Below are positions 16,589 through 24,870 of a DNA stretch of 64,000 nt, one piece after another (within the stretch, counting starts at the first letter, position 1; every line of letters starts with the position of its first letter). A model generated the notes under the pieces. It had not been told where the DNA came from, did not search any database, and worked only from the letters and a program-made list of their open reading frames with translations. This stretch comes from a virus. The position numbers and the translations under genes are program-made. Where the stretch lies: IMG/VR virus record IMGVR_UViG_3300035189_000005, positions 10,182-74,181 of that record. One strand, 5' to 3'.

Positions 16589-16971
16589 TAGAATGTACCC
16601 CAGTAGTTGTAGTCATCGCCCAGAATTGGACGCCAGATCTCATCGAAGAAGCAGTTCATGGAGGCACCTTTAAACATCGGTGCAATGTCCGTGTCTTTCA
16701 GACCCGCCAGACCACAACCAATACGGGTAACTTGGAAACCCATTTTGGGATGGCCTTTGGCATATGCCAGGAAGCCCTGAACATACTGAGCAATGCGCTC
16801 AAGAGGCATGGTCAGTACATCCACATCTTTGGTTGGAATGGCCCAGCTATCACCACAATGGCCGTAGCTGAAACCATAACGGGCACCATGTTTCATGTAC
16901 GCCGTCTTGGCTGCACCGGCACCATGGATACCGGATTCATTACTTCCAAACACGAATATCATCTTTGGCAT
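16588..16971 (-). CDS. N4 gp14-like protein (macrodomain-like family)
   Basis: IFVFGSNESGIHGAGAA...WAIPTK...FQVTRIGCGLAG. Confidence 0.85.
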   Translation of the reverse strand: MPKMIFVFGSNESGIHGAGAAKTAYMKHGARYGFSYGHCGDSWAIPTKDVDVLTMPLERIAQYVQGFLAYAKGHPKMGFQVTRIGCGLAGLKDTDIAPMFKGASMNCFFDEIWRPILGDDYNYWGTF

Positions 16972-17042
16972 TTTGTTTCTCCTTGGTTCTAGTTGGCACT
17001 TTTTTAGTTGCCAGTTTAGTGTTGGGATTGCACCGAGAGCAT

Positions 17043-17396
17043 TTACACTCGGACATCGATTTCATGGTGTCGCGACAGATCATCATTGTATTTCTCAATC
17101 TGGGAGTAGACCCAGATGTTGCGGTTAATGTTTCGATGACAGTTATGGTTGTCCGACTCGATTTCAAAGTCGTAAATGTCATCATTGAAAGGCAAACGAG
17201 GACTCATTCCTTGTTCCTCGAATCGTCGTTGCAAATGCTTACGCATCTCCATCCTCCGATGTCCAGGCATCTCACCGAAATAGTAAATATTTCCGCAAAG
17301 CCCACAAGCACGGTTGAACATATTGGACTTCGCTCCGGCATACAGCCAAGCCAAATAGTCCATAAAGAACTTATGTAACAGTTGGTCGTTATTCAT
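17043..17396 (-). CDS. hypothetical protein
   Basis: SD AGGAG; GLC...LPFN...R..W pattern. Confidence 0.7.
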   Translation of the reverse strand: MNNDQLLHKFFMDYLAWLYAGAKSNMFNRACGLCGNIYYFGEMPGHRRMEMRKHLQRRFEEQGMSPRLPFNDDIYDFEIESDNHNCHRNINRNIWVYSQIEKYNDDLSRHHEIDVRV

Positions 17397-17420
17397 GCAC
17401 TATCTCCTGATTATCGCGAG

Positions 17421-17450
17421 GTCTCGGCTCCGCAGGAGCTGAGCCGAGAC
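17421..17450 (-). promoter_or_regulatory. candidate vRNAP hairpin promoter (GCTCC-GCA-GGAGC) nested in a 10-bp inverted repeat
   Basis: C-GNA-G triloop hairpin on the template (+) strand, upstream of the RNAP II operon. Confidence 0.5.
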
Positions 17451-17456
17451 ATACGC

Positions 17457-18239
17457 TTATTGTTTGGTGAACGCACAGAGTTCAATCCGATCTGCGATGT
17501 TGAACAGATCGAACACCGGGATGCCGAGGTGACGGGCAATGCGAATTGCTTGACCAGTGCCACCACCGCCTTTACCACCAGGGGTCCAGCAGATGATGCA
17601 GTCAGCCTTGGTATTGAGATCGATGCCGACAACTTGTGGCACATTGCGTGCGTGCAAAGCCCTGGCACCTTCGGAGCATGCACCCCAGTTGGGATGGAAT
17701 GCTGCTGCAATCTTCCATGCTTCTTGCTGGATTTCAGCAGGAGCAGTGCTGAAGTTGATGATTCGGTAATCATTAGATGGTGCACCATTGAAGCCAGCCC
17801 ATGGGATGAAGATCTCCATGAAGCCGTTGACCTTTTCAGCACCACGAGCAAATGCGTTGTCTGCACCATCAGCGAAACCGCTACGCAGAATCCAGCCTTG
17901 CTGACCCAACTGTTCACCAATGGACTCCATCCATTCGAGTACATCTTCGGGAGTCTCACGACTGCCGATGCCTGCATAGATCTTCATCTTCTTTGGCTCC
18001 ACTACGGTGTGTGGTTGTGGAAGGACTTGAATGCGGCGAGTACGCAGCACATTGTCCTTGTTGATTGGTGGGTGTTCAGACATGAACTGGTCGATGATTG
18101 GACTCAGATCCAACTCAACGGATTCATGCTTACGCTTTGAGAATCCTTTGCGAGTTTGCTCACCTTCCTTGTGGTAGCGTTCTTCCCACTCTTCCATTGA
18201 TTCCTTACGCAGTTGCTTTTTTCTTTTCCAGCTGGACAT
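17457..18239 (-). CDS. DprA/SLOG-family Rossmann-fold protein (domain starts at MKIYAGIGSRETP)
   Basis: YAGIGSRETP, LRSGFADGADNAF, LHARN, GGTGQAIRIA. Confidence 0.85.
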   Translation of the reverse strand: MSSWKRKKQLRKESMEEWEERYHKEGEQTRKGFSKRKHESVELDLSPIIDQFMSEHPPINKDNVLRTRRIQVLPQPHTVVEPKKMKIYAGIGSRETPEDVLEWMESIGEQLGQQGWILRSGFADGADNAFARGAEKVNGFMEIFIPWAGFNGAPSNDYRIINFSTAPAEIQQEAWKIAAAFHPNWGACSEGARALHARNVPQVVGIDLNTKADCIICWTPGGKGGGGTGQAIRIARHLGIPVFDLFNIADRIELCAFTKQ

Positions 18240-18441
18240 TTTTCATCTCCCGTTTGGTGACTGCACTGTGAAACCAATTCATCAGGTCAGTCTTCTTGTA
18301 AAAGTGGACTGGTCGAGCGAAGCCACTCACCAATGCCACTTTAGGCAATGGATGGATAGTGGCTAGATACTCGATCTGTTTCTTGGTCTTGCCTACGGTC
18401 TTCGCCAATTCAGCAAGCCCCATCACTGGTGGCCTAGACAT
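18205..18441 (-). CDS. small HTH-like protein
   Basis: MGLAELAKTVG...HPLP....FYKKTDL (AlpA/Xis-like pattern). Confidence 0.6.
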   Translation of the reverse strand: MSRPPVMGLAELAKTVGKTKKQIEYLATIHPLPKVALVSGFARPVHFYKKTDLMNWFHSAVTKREMKNVQLEKKKATA

Positions 18442-18616
18442 GGAGATTGTTGGACTCCACGTGTGCTACCAGTTGTTCGATGGTTTCCTCGAACTCAGTG
18501 CGTTGCACTGTCCCTTCAGGCAATGTCATTGCCAGGGTGATGAGATTGGCCTTGGCCTTCTCCCACGAGGAACGACGAATTACCTTCAGCAATACTTCAG
18601 CGGCTGGTCTGTCCAT
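18434..18616 (-). CDS. hypothetical early protein
   Basis: Coupled ORF. Confidence 0.65.
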   Translation of the reverse strand: MDRPAAEVLLKVIRRSSWEKAKANLITLAMTLPEGTVQRTEFEETIEQLVAHVESNNLHV

Positions 18617-18894
18617 TAGAACTGTCCATTTGTGTACGGTGGTTGATACCCCAACTCTGCTAGCTGATCACGTAGACCTTGATCAAACTCTTTGCAGATC
18701 CGGGTGTTGTTGAACTGACCATCGCTGAGGTCATAGAGATGATCAGCCATTGCTGACTTGTCGAGGCTCTTGCTCAGTGACACACGAGCACAGCGACGAC
18801 CATTCTCATAGGCCTCAACGTTGGTTGGTCCCTTGAACCATTTAAGGAGTTGCTTGATCACCAGTTGGTTCCTCCAAGTTATCTGCAACGACAC
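18616..18894 (-). CDS. hypothetical early protein (start uncertain)
   Basis: ORF in operon. Confidence 0.6.
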   Translation of the reverse strand: MSLQITWRNQLVIKQLLKWFKGPTNVEAYENGRRCARVSLSKSLDKSAMADHLYDLSDGQFNNTRICKEFDQGLRDQLAELGYQPPYTNGQF

Positions 18895-19066
18895 CCATCA
18901 CTTCGATGAGTTGGAAGACATCATGCCCAGGCTCACACTCAAACTCAGCAGGCCAGTTCCTGAGCATGGTTGAGAGTGTGTCCTTTGCATCCTTGATTGC
19001 ATTGGCAAGATGCTTCCGCCGCACATGCAACGGAGCATCACCGGAAGTGAGCCGTCCCTTCCTCAT
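18842..19066 (-). CDS. hypothetical early protein
   Basis: ATGA coupling. Confidence 0.6.
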   Translation of the reverse strand: MRKGRLTSGDAPLHVRRKHLANAIKDAKDTLSTMLRNWPAEFECEPGHDVFQLIEVMGVVADNLEEPTGDQATP

Positions 19067-19368
19067 ACCTGGAATGCCAAGTAGAGAAGACAGGCAGCAC
19101 CCACCAAGCAGATGATAATCACCTGTTTAGTGATCGATTCGATAAACGATTCCTTACGTTCACGTTCCCAGAGCACACGACGACGTTGCATCAGCTTGTC
19201 CAACTTTGGGCCGAGAATGCTGATACGACGCTGAGCTTCACTCTTCGAGTAACCGGAGGTGTGACGGATGTTTTGGATCTTGGCGATGCGCTCAATGATC
19301 CAGCTAATCCTCAAGCTCAAGATTGTTGTACGAATACCCATGTTGTTTCTCCAAGATAGGTCTAACAA
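19063..19368 (-). CDS. hypothetical protein with C-terminal transmembrane helix
   Basis: VIIICLVGAACLLYLAF. Confidence 0.6.
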   Translation of the reverse strand: MLDLSWRNNMGIRTTILSLRISWIIERIAKIQNIRHTSGYSKSEAQRRISILGPKLDKLMQRRRVLWERERKESFIESITKQVIIICLVGAACLLYLAFQV

Positions 19369-19842
19369 TTACACCATCCAGTAAATGGTGGATTCGGTTT
19401 CGATACGACCGGAGGTTGCTTCCACACTGACCATGCGATCAGTACGGATCTCCTTACCATCGACTGTACCCATTAGGAAGAAACCGCCATTGCGGTGAGG
19501 GAAGATTGTCGGATGACGAATCACCTTCTCAGGCTTGGTGATTTGCTTCGGAGTTGAGTCCAGCAATGTGCCCTGGGTCAGGGACTGGTACTCAGTAGCA
19601 GCACGCTTATCTTCCTCCACGATTCGCATACCCAACTTGGTGTAGCCACCCCATGTGGGATAGACACTGCTCCATAGCAAATCCGTACCGTCATACGAAT
19701 GGATCTCAATGTGGGACATTGGGCTGTTGTCTTTCAGCAAAGCCCGACTGTCAGATGCCAGAATGGCGAGACTAACATCGTTGATCACATTGCTATTCAC
19801 ACAGCCATTTTTGAAGATGGTGACACGGGTAAATCCAGCCAT
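19369..19842 (-). CDS. hypothetical early protein
   Basis: SD AGGAG. Confidence 0.7.
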   Translation of the reverse strand: MAGFTRVTIFKNGCVNSNVINDVSLAILASDSRALLKDNSPMSHIEIHSYDGTDLLWSSVYPTWGGYTKLGMRIVEEDKRAATEYQSLTQGTLLDSTPKQITKPEKVIRHPTIFPHRNGGFFLMGTVDGKEIRTDRMVSVEATSGRIETESTIYWMV

Positions 19843-19923
19843 GATGAGTGCTCCTACAGTTTAGGTTGCTTTAGTCGATTTGGGTCTGAAAGTTCAACTT
19901 ACATTACAGGTGAAGTTGAAATG

Positions 19924-19951
19924 AAAAGGGACACTCGGATGAGTGTCCCTT
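19924..19951 (-). terminator. intrinsic terminator
   Basis: GGGACACTC stem plus TTTT on the minus strand. Confidence 0.75.
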
Positions 19952-19957
19952 GGGGTT

Positions 19958-20368
19958 TTACAGCGACAGCGGTTGCAGGAACGGATTTTCATGGGCAGCC
20001 ACGGTTGGTGCTTCGTCGTTGACGTGACGCAACTCGATCTGAAGGTTCAGGATACGAGTTTCGCCCGGTGCCAGGGTCTTGGCCAGATCCACGATCTGGT
20101 CATGCAGTGCATTGCGAGCCTGTTGCTGTGCAGCCCAGGTTGCATTGCGGCTGTTGACCGGCAGTGGTTCAACGTTGTCCAGCGGGATACCGACCGGCAA
20201 CGAGATGAAGCGTGGTTCGTCTTCGCCTTCCAGTACGACACCGGCCTGGTAACCGATGTTCAGCCAGAACTGAGCCTTTGGACGCTCATCACGAGCATTA
20301 GCTTTCGGAGTAGCAGCGGATGCAGTGCCGAAGGTCTTTTTGAAGTCAACGCCAGAATTCATAGCCAT
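19958..20368 (-). CDS. ssDNA-binding RNAP II cofactor (N4 gp2 / LUZ7 Drc-like)
   Basis: KAQFWLNIGY...FISLPVGIPLD...ARN.L; early position. Confidence 0.85.
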   Translation of the reverse strand: MAMNSGVDFKKTFGTASAATPKANARDERPKAQFWLNIGYQAGVVLEGEDEPRFISLPVGIPLDNVEPLPVNSRNATWAAQQQARNALHDQIVDLAKTLAPGETRILNLQIELRHVNDEAPTVAAHENPFLQPLSL

Positions 20369-20436
20369 GGTGAATCTCCTAAAGTGAGTGGACAGAATTG
20401 TCCCCATTGCACACTCAGTGAATGTGCAAGAGTGGA

Positions 20437-20628
20437 TCAGAACTGTTTTACAGCGTCATACGCTGCCATTAATGCCTCCCTCAGCGAGTAATCACGGAAG
20501 GATTTATTGCCTACCTTTACCACCCAGCTACGAGTTGCATCGTCCTGGAAGAAAGTGACTGTGGTGTCAGTACCATTTTCGATGTAACCGGCAAGCTCTC
20601 GCAGTCTGTCTATGGTGTCATTATCCAT
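20437..20628 (-). CDS. hypothetical early protein
   Basis: LAGYIENGTDTTVTFFQDDATRSW; SD GAGG. Confidence 0.7.
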   Translation of the reverse strand: MDNDTIDRLRELAGYIENGTDTTVTFFQDDATRSWVVKVGNKSFRDYSLREALMAAYDAVKQF

Positions 20629-20821
20629 TGGTTCAGTCCTCGGTTTCAGCAGACCAGTCATGGTCTTTGCCTTTGCACTGTTCGTGGTAACCACCACAGC
20701 AGGCATAGCATTCACCACATTTACCAGCAGCCTTGGCCGCTGCGATCTCTTGAACAGGTTCTTCAATCTTGTCATTGCTAGTGATGAACATGGATCTATC
20801 CTCGGTTGATGATTCTCACCA

Positions 20822-20834
20822 GCCGCAGAGCGGC
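20822..20834 (-). promoter_or_regulatory. vRNAP early hairpin promoter
   Basis: GCCGC-AGA-GCGGC triloop hairpin on the template strand, N4-type. Confidence 0.7.
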
Positions 20835-20842
20835 AGCTTATG

Positions 20843-21028
20843 TCAGTCGTAGTAGTCAGCAGGCAGAGTGCAGACCGATGGGTTGGTAGCAACGCCACCA
20901 TTCCAGCGCAATACACGTACTGTCAGGTTAGCCCATTTCAGTGCCTGTTCAGCACTGCCTACTACGCGATACAGATTCTGTTCGTTGCCATCACGGTCAC
21001 TGACAGTCAACTCAGCAAGACGTAGCAT
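20843..21028 (-). CDS. hypothetical early protein
   Basis: SD GAGGAG before ATG 21028. Confidence 0.65.
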   Translation of the reverse strand: MLRLAELTVSDRDGNEQNLYRVVGSAEQALKWANLTVRVLRWNGGVATNPSVCTLPADYYD

Positions 21029-21029
21029 T

Positions 21030-21179
21030 TTAGTACTCCTCTCCCAGTGCACAGAGACATGCGAAGGTGACAACCACCTGCACAGCGATTGCCAATGCCC
21101 AGTGGAGATTCCCAAACAGGAAAGCACCAACGATGAACATTGTTATTGCTCCAAGTAGAAAAGCGATTAGCTGATTCAT
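21030..21179 (-). CDS. small two-helix membrane protein (49 aa)
   Basis: Manual translation MNQLIAFLLGAITMFIVGAFLFGNLHWALAIAVQVVVTFACLCALGEEY. Confidence 0.6.
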   Translation of the reverse strand: MNQLIAFLLGAITMFIVGAFLFGNLHWALAIAVQVVVTFACLCALGEEY

Positions 21180-21397
21180 TGATCGTGAATTCCTGAATGG
21201 GATTTAGGGTTGGTACTGGTTACGTGAAGGGATGATTAGGGATTAGGAAATGTCTAATAGACTAGTGAGATTTACTGGTATCACACTCCCATCCGTCATC
21301 TCTCTCATGTAGAGATGCTATCCAGGGATGGATCTATCCATCCTTGTTACCTATCCCTAACGCAACCAGGGTTACCACCGAAGTGATAACCCGAAGG

Positions 21398-21721
21398 TTA
21401 CGCAGTAGTTGCAGGACGCAGCAGCGAAGTGAAGGTGTTATACGATTGCTCGTAGAACTGAGCGTGATCTGCCGATTGGAGGCAGAACTTTTGAACCTTG
21501 AGCTTGGCTTGAGCCTGCTCGAAGGATTTCTCTTGAATGAGGGTCTCGATGAAGACCTCTTTGTCAGCGACCTGACGGATACGCTGGTTGTCAGCAGCAG
21601 CAGTTACGAAGCTGGTGAGCATACCGACGCCAGTGTTGGCAGCATCCAGAGTGGAAGTGACAGTGTTTGCAGTGGCTTGCACAGTGTTGAGCAGAGCACC
21701 GAAGGTAAGACGAGTAGACAT
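21398..21721 (-). CDS. first early gene (N4-like gp1 position)
   Basis: SD AGGAG; lies directly below a hairpin promoter; MSTRLTFGALLNTVQATANTV... Confidence 0.8.
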   Translation of the reverse strand: MSTRLTFGALLNTVQATANTVTSTLDAANTGVGMLTSFVTAAADNQRIRQVADKEVFIETLIQEKSFEQAQAKLKVQKFCLQSADHAQFYEQSYNTFTSLLRPATTA

Positions 21722-21750
21722 GGTAGGACTCCTAAGTAGTAGCCGAAATG

Positions 21751-21770
21751 GCCAGAAGGCGCAGAGCGCC
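21751..21770 (-). promoter_or_regulatory. vRNAP early hairpin promoter
   Basis: GCCAGAA-GGCGC-AGA-GCGCC, same GC-AGA-GC core as 20822. Confidence 0.75.
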
Positions 21771-21774
21771 AGTG

Positions 21775-21912
21775 TTAAGGGGGCACCCCTAGTGTAGTGG
21801 GGTGGTAGAGTACCGGGGGGGTACTTGAGTTCACGGGTGTCCCCGTGTAGCACACCCTACGTAGAGACTTTCCTAAAAAATTTTATGAAAAGTTTTTCCC
21901 TTAAGATTAGAT
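21775..21912. other. probable genome terminus / collapsed terminal-repeat region
   Basis: Non-coding gap between the first early promoter and the last genes; G-run CCGGGGGGGTAC and an AT tract; matches N4-like genome layout. Confidence 0.55.
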
Positions 21913-22257
21913 CTAAAGTAGTGGGGAGAATTCGCGGGTGAGGTACTCAATGAAGTAGGCGTAGGTTTCGTTTGCTTCATTGGTTTGGACAGGGACACCG
22001 ACGTAGGCCAGGTATCTGATGGTGGCGTGGAACAGTTCATGGATCAGGGAGGTGAGTTTGCCGTCACCGACGTAGATGTACATGACGCTGTTTGATTCGA
22101 GGTAGTCATGGACGCAAGCACCGATGACATCAGTGAGGTAGTCATCATCACAGGGTATGCCTGCTTTGCGCATGCTCTTGATGAGACTCTTGCGAGTGGT
22201 ATGTAGCTCGATGATTCCTGCGTTGAACAACTCTGGAGTGATTGCTTTGCTTTTCAT
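21913..22257 (-). CDS. small HExxH protein
   Basis: SLIHELFHA...NETYAY; SD AAGGAG. Confidence 0.7.
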   Translation of the reverse strand: MKSKAITPELFNAGIIELHTTRKSLIKSMRKAGIPCDDDYLTDVIGACVHDYLESNSVMYIYVGDGKLTSLIHELFHATIRYLAYVGVPVQTNEANETYAYFIEYLTREFSPLL

Positions 22258-22277
22258 GGTTGGCTCCTTTTAGACAT

Positions 22278-22311
22278 AAAAAAGCCCGGACGGTGGTCGA
22301 GTCGTCCGGGC
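22278..22311 (-). terminator. intrinsic terminator
   Basis: AGCCCGGACG stem plus T6 on the minus strand. Confidence 0.8.
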
Positions 22312-22466
22312 TGCGGTGGAGATTCAAGTCGCTCCACACGACTACTACATCACAAGGGGAATTGGTGAATCTCTTAGGAGCCCTCCCTGCTGTAGCTGGC
22401 ACTGTTATATCCCCACCTGTGCCTGGGGTTTTGGACATAGCGTCATCAAGCAACGCTAGGTTAATT

Positions 22467-22727
22467 CTAATTCCATGCCCTGTCTATAGGGTCGAAGGAG
22501 TAAAACTTTTCGAACTTGGCTCTGTGTTGCTCGGTCAGGTCACACTCAATGACGATCTCCATCTTGTACCCGAAGACCATGGATAGACCGAGATAGATGT
22601 CCTTCTCCTTTTGGTTCCTGACAATGAGGATGGCAGACCATGCCTTCGTTGCCCGCTTAGCCATGTCTTCGAGGGTGATGGCCTTGAGCGGGTTGCTGCC
22701 ATTGCGATACCAGATCTCTTCATCCAC
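22467..22727 (-). CDS. hypothetical protein
   Basis: Overlapping ORF; resembles its upstream neighbour (F..FY.f.P ending). Confidence 0.6.
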   Translation of the reverse strand: MDEEIWYRNGSNPLKAITLEDMAKRATKAWSAILIVRNQKEKDIYLGLSMVFGYKMEIVIECDLTEQHRAKFEKFYSFDPIDRAWN

Positions 22728-23007
22728 GGACTAACTTCCTTGATACCACCTGGGCATCAGGGTTGTAGGTGTAGAAGCTGAAGGTACGCAGGCCATCTTT
22801 GCTTGGGTCGTGCTGACCCTTCAGGTGCAAGATCGGCATCTTGGGGTAGACCAGGGCCATTGCCTCGTAGGTGTCCAACTGTGCTTGGTCTTTGCAGATG
22901 AGGTTCACTACGTAGCCTTCACCTGTCATTGTCCACAGGACACCTTGCCAGTCGGTGGTCATTACCTTGCTACCTGCATCGGTCTTGAAGTAGAAGTATT
23001 CATTCAT
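22720..23007 (-). CDS. hypothetical protein
   Basis: AGGGGG SD before ATG 23007. Confidence 0.65.
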   Translation of the reverse strand: MNEYFYFKTDAGSKVMTTDWQGVLWTMTGEGYVVNLICKDQAQLDTYEAMALVYPKMPILHLKGQHDPSKDGLRTFSFYTYNPDAQVVSRKLVRG

Positions 23008-23167
23008 GTGAGGAAGCCCCCTTTTCCCTTTTGGTTCAGTAGCTTGGCTACGGACAATAGGACCCCTTCGTCTCTGTCTAGTGGAGAGAAACGTTTGCGG
23101 TCTACCTGTAATCAGTCTAAAGTCTATCCCTATTACACACCCCAAGCAACAAGCTCTGGAGTAGGTC

Positions 23168-23410
23168 ATGAGTGAAAGCTTCAAGTTGCCGGTGTACGGC
23201 AAGGCCAAGATCCCTGGGATCAGTCAACCACAGATTGAGTACCGGGTGGTGCTGAAGGAAGATCTCACTGGTGCTGACTGGGAATACTTAGCCAAGAAAC
23301 AAGATCTGGAGGGGGCCGGGATTCTCGGCAGTCTCACCAAGCGTCAACACGACACACACCTCTTGCAACTGATGCAAGATTACTTAGCGAAGAAGGAAAA
23401 GAAGCAATGA
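23168..23410 (+). CDS. hypothetical protein
   Basis: SD GGAG; coupled to the next gene. Confidence 0.7.
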   Translation: MSESFKLPVYGKAKIPGISQPQIEYRVVLKEDLTGADWEYLAKKQDLEGAGILGSLTKRQHDTHLLQLMQDYLAKKEKKQ

Positions 23411-24141
23411 CAGCTACCAAGGTTGTGCAGCAGGACATCGAAGACGAAATCGTAGCGGAGCAGTATCACATCCTGCCCAACACGACGACTACGGTCTGTG
23501 TGCTCACTGGCAAGACTGGCTGGTCGGAGACTGGTATCAGTGCCTGTGCTGACCCAGCCAACTTCGACGAGAAGGTCGGCAAGGACCTGGCGTACAAGAA
23601 CGCCTTCAATAAGTGGTGGCCGGTACTCGGGTTCCGACTCAAGGACAAGTTGAGCCTGATCGAAAAGGCCGGTGCTCCTTCGGGCAAGATCCTGGAACTG
23701 GGTTCGCCTGTCACCTACATTGGAACCAAAGTGGTTCGTGCAGTGGCGATGACCCGTGCCGAGTACAACATCTACCGTGGCTGGGCACTGCCCGAGAATG
23801 AGAACGGTGACGACAATGGCTTCCTCGTCGAGTACGTCGATGGCGGTGCCACCAATGTCGAAGGCCATGCTGGCTATGTTAGTTGGTCCCCGTGGGATGT
23901 GTTCGCTCGTGCTTACGAGGCACCGACTCGTGTTGAACCAAAGGTAGAGACTTACCGGGATCGCATGAAGGAAGAGCTGAATGATCTGTTGATGGACATC
24001 ACCAAGCTCACAGCTTTCACCAATACCAAGACGTTCAAGAATCTCCCCCAGGTGGAACAGGATGATCTCGTTGAACAGTGCGAGCACATGATCCGGTACA
24101 GCGATGTCCTCATCCGCCGAATCAAACGCATTGCCAAGTGA
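23407..24141 (+). CDS. tri-domain protein: Gp49/Sf6 gp66-family domain, YIGTK..SWSP domain and crAss001_48-like helical hairpin
   Basis: TVCVL...G.SACADPANFDEKVG...A..NA....W...GF.L; YIGTKVV.A..MTR..YN.YRGW...YVSWSP.DVF..AY; RM.EE...L.....KL..F. Confidence 0.8.
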   Translation: MTATKVVQQDIEDEIVAEQYHILPNTTTTVCVLTGKTGWSETGISACADPANFDEKVGKDLAYKNAFNKWWPVLGFRLKDKLSLIEKAGAPSGKILELGSPVTYIGTKVVRAVAMTRAEYNIYRGWALPENENGDDNGFLVEYVDGGATNVEGHAGYVSWSPWDVFARAYEAPTRVEPKVETYRDRMKEELNDLLMDITKLTAFTNTKTFKNLPQVEQDDLVEQCEHMIRYSDVLIRRIKRIAK

Positions 24142-24189
24142 ACCAAAGGGGGAGTGCTAGCTCCCCCGAACCAAAGAAGGATTAGACCT

Positions 24190-24870
24190 ATGTTAACGGT
24201 ACAGGAATTAGCCAAAGCATTGCCTGCCAACCTCAAGAGTGCGGCTACTCCTGCTCTCTTGGCGAAGGTCAATGGGATCGTGTCGGACCCTACCTTGGCA
24301 GAACAGATGCGTGAGAACTTCGTCTCGTACACCCATGTCCTCGCGGATGGGAAGTACAAGATGGACGACTACATCAATGCTGTGATGTACGTTAGTTATA
24401 AACTGATGGGACATAGCAACCAAGACGCCTATGCCAAGACGTTCCCTCAACGGTACGCCACCATGCAAGCAGCGGGTCGGCCACCGAAAGAGATCAGTGC
24501 CTACGTCTCGATCTACAACAAAGGCAAGCTGGTCAACGCCATCATGGAACAGAGCGTCATCCCTTCGTGGGTTCTGAACCAAGATGTATACCAGGAAGCA
24601 ATCAACGTCCAGAAGGATCTGATGCTCAACGCCCAGAGCGAGAAGGTTCGGAGTGACGCAGCCAACAGTCTGCTTACTCATTTGGCTCGACCTAAAGAGG
24701 TGGGACCAGGGATCAACATCAACCTTGGAGATAAAGTGGACGGGATGGAAGACCTCCGTCGCACTCTCATGGAGATCTCTGGTGTCAGTCGTCAACTGAT
24801 CGAACAGGGAGTGGACATCCGAGCAATCGCTGAACACAAACTGGTATCGGTTGATGGGGAGGTGGTATGA
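24190..24870 (+). CDS. N4 gp69-like conserved protein upstream of terminase (putative small terminase)
   Basis: Synteny; SEKVRSDAANSLLTHL motif. Confidence 0.8.
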   Translation: MLTVQELAKALPANLKSAATPALLAKVNGIVSDPTLAEQMRENFVSYTHVLADGKYKMDDYINAVMYVSYKLMGHSNQDAYAKTFPQRYATMQAAGRPPKEISAYVSIYNKGKLVNAIMEQSVIPSWVLNQDVYQEAINVQKDLMLNAQSEKVRSDAANSLLTHLARPKEVGPGININLGDKVDGMEDLRRTLMEISGVSRQLIEQGVDIRAIAEHKLVSVDGEVV

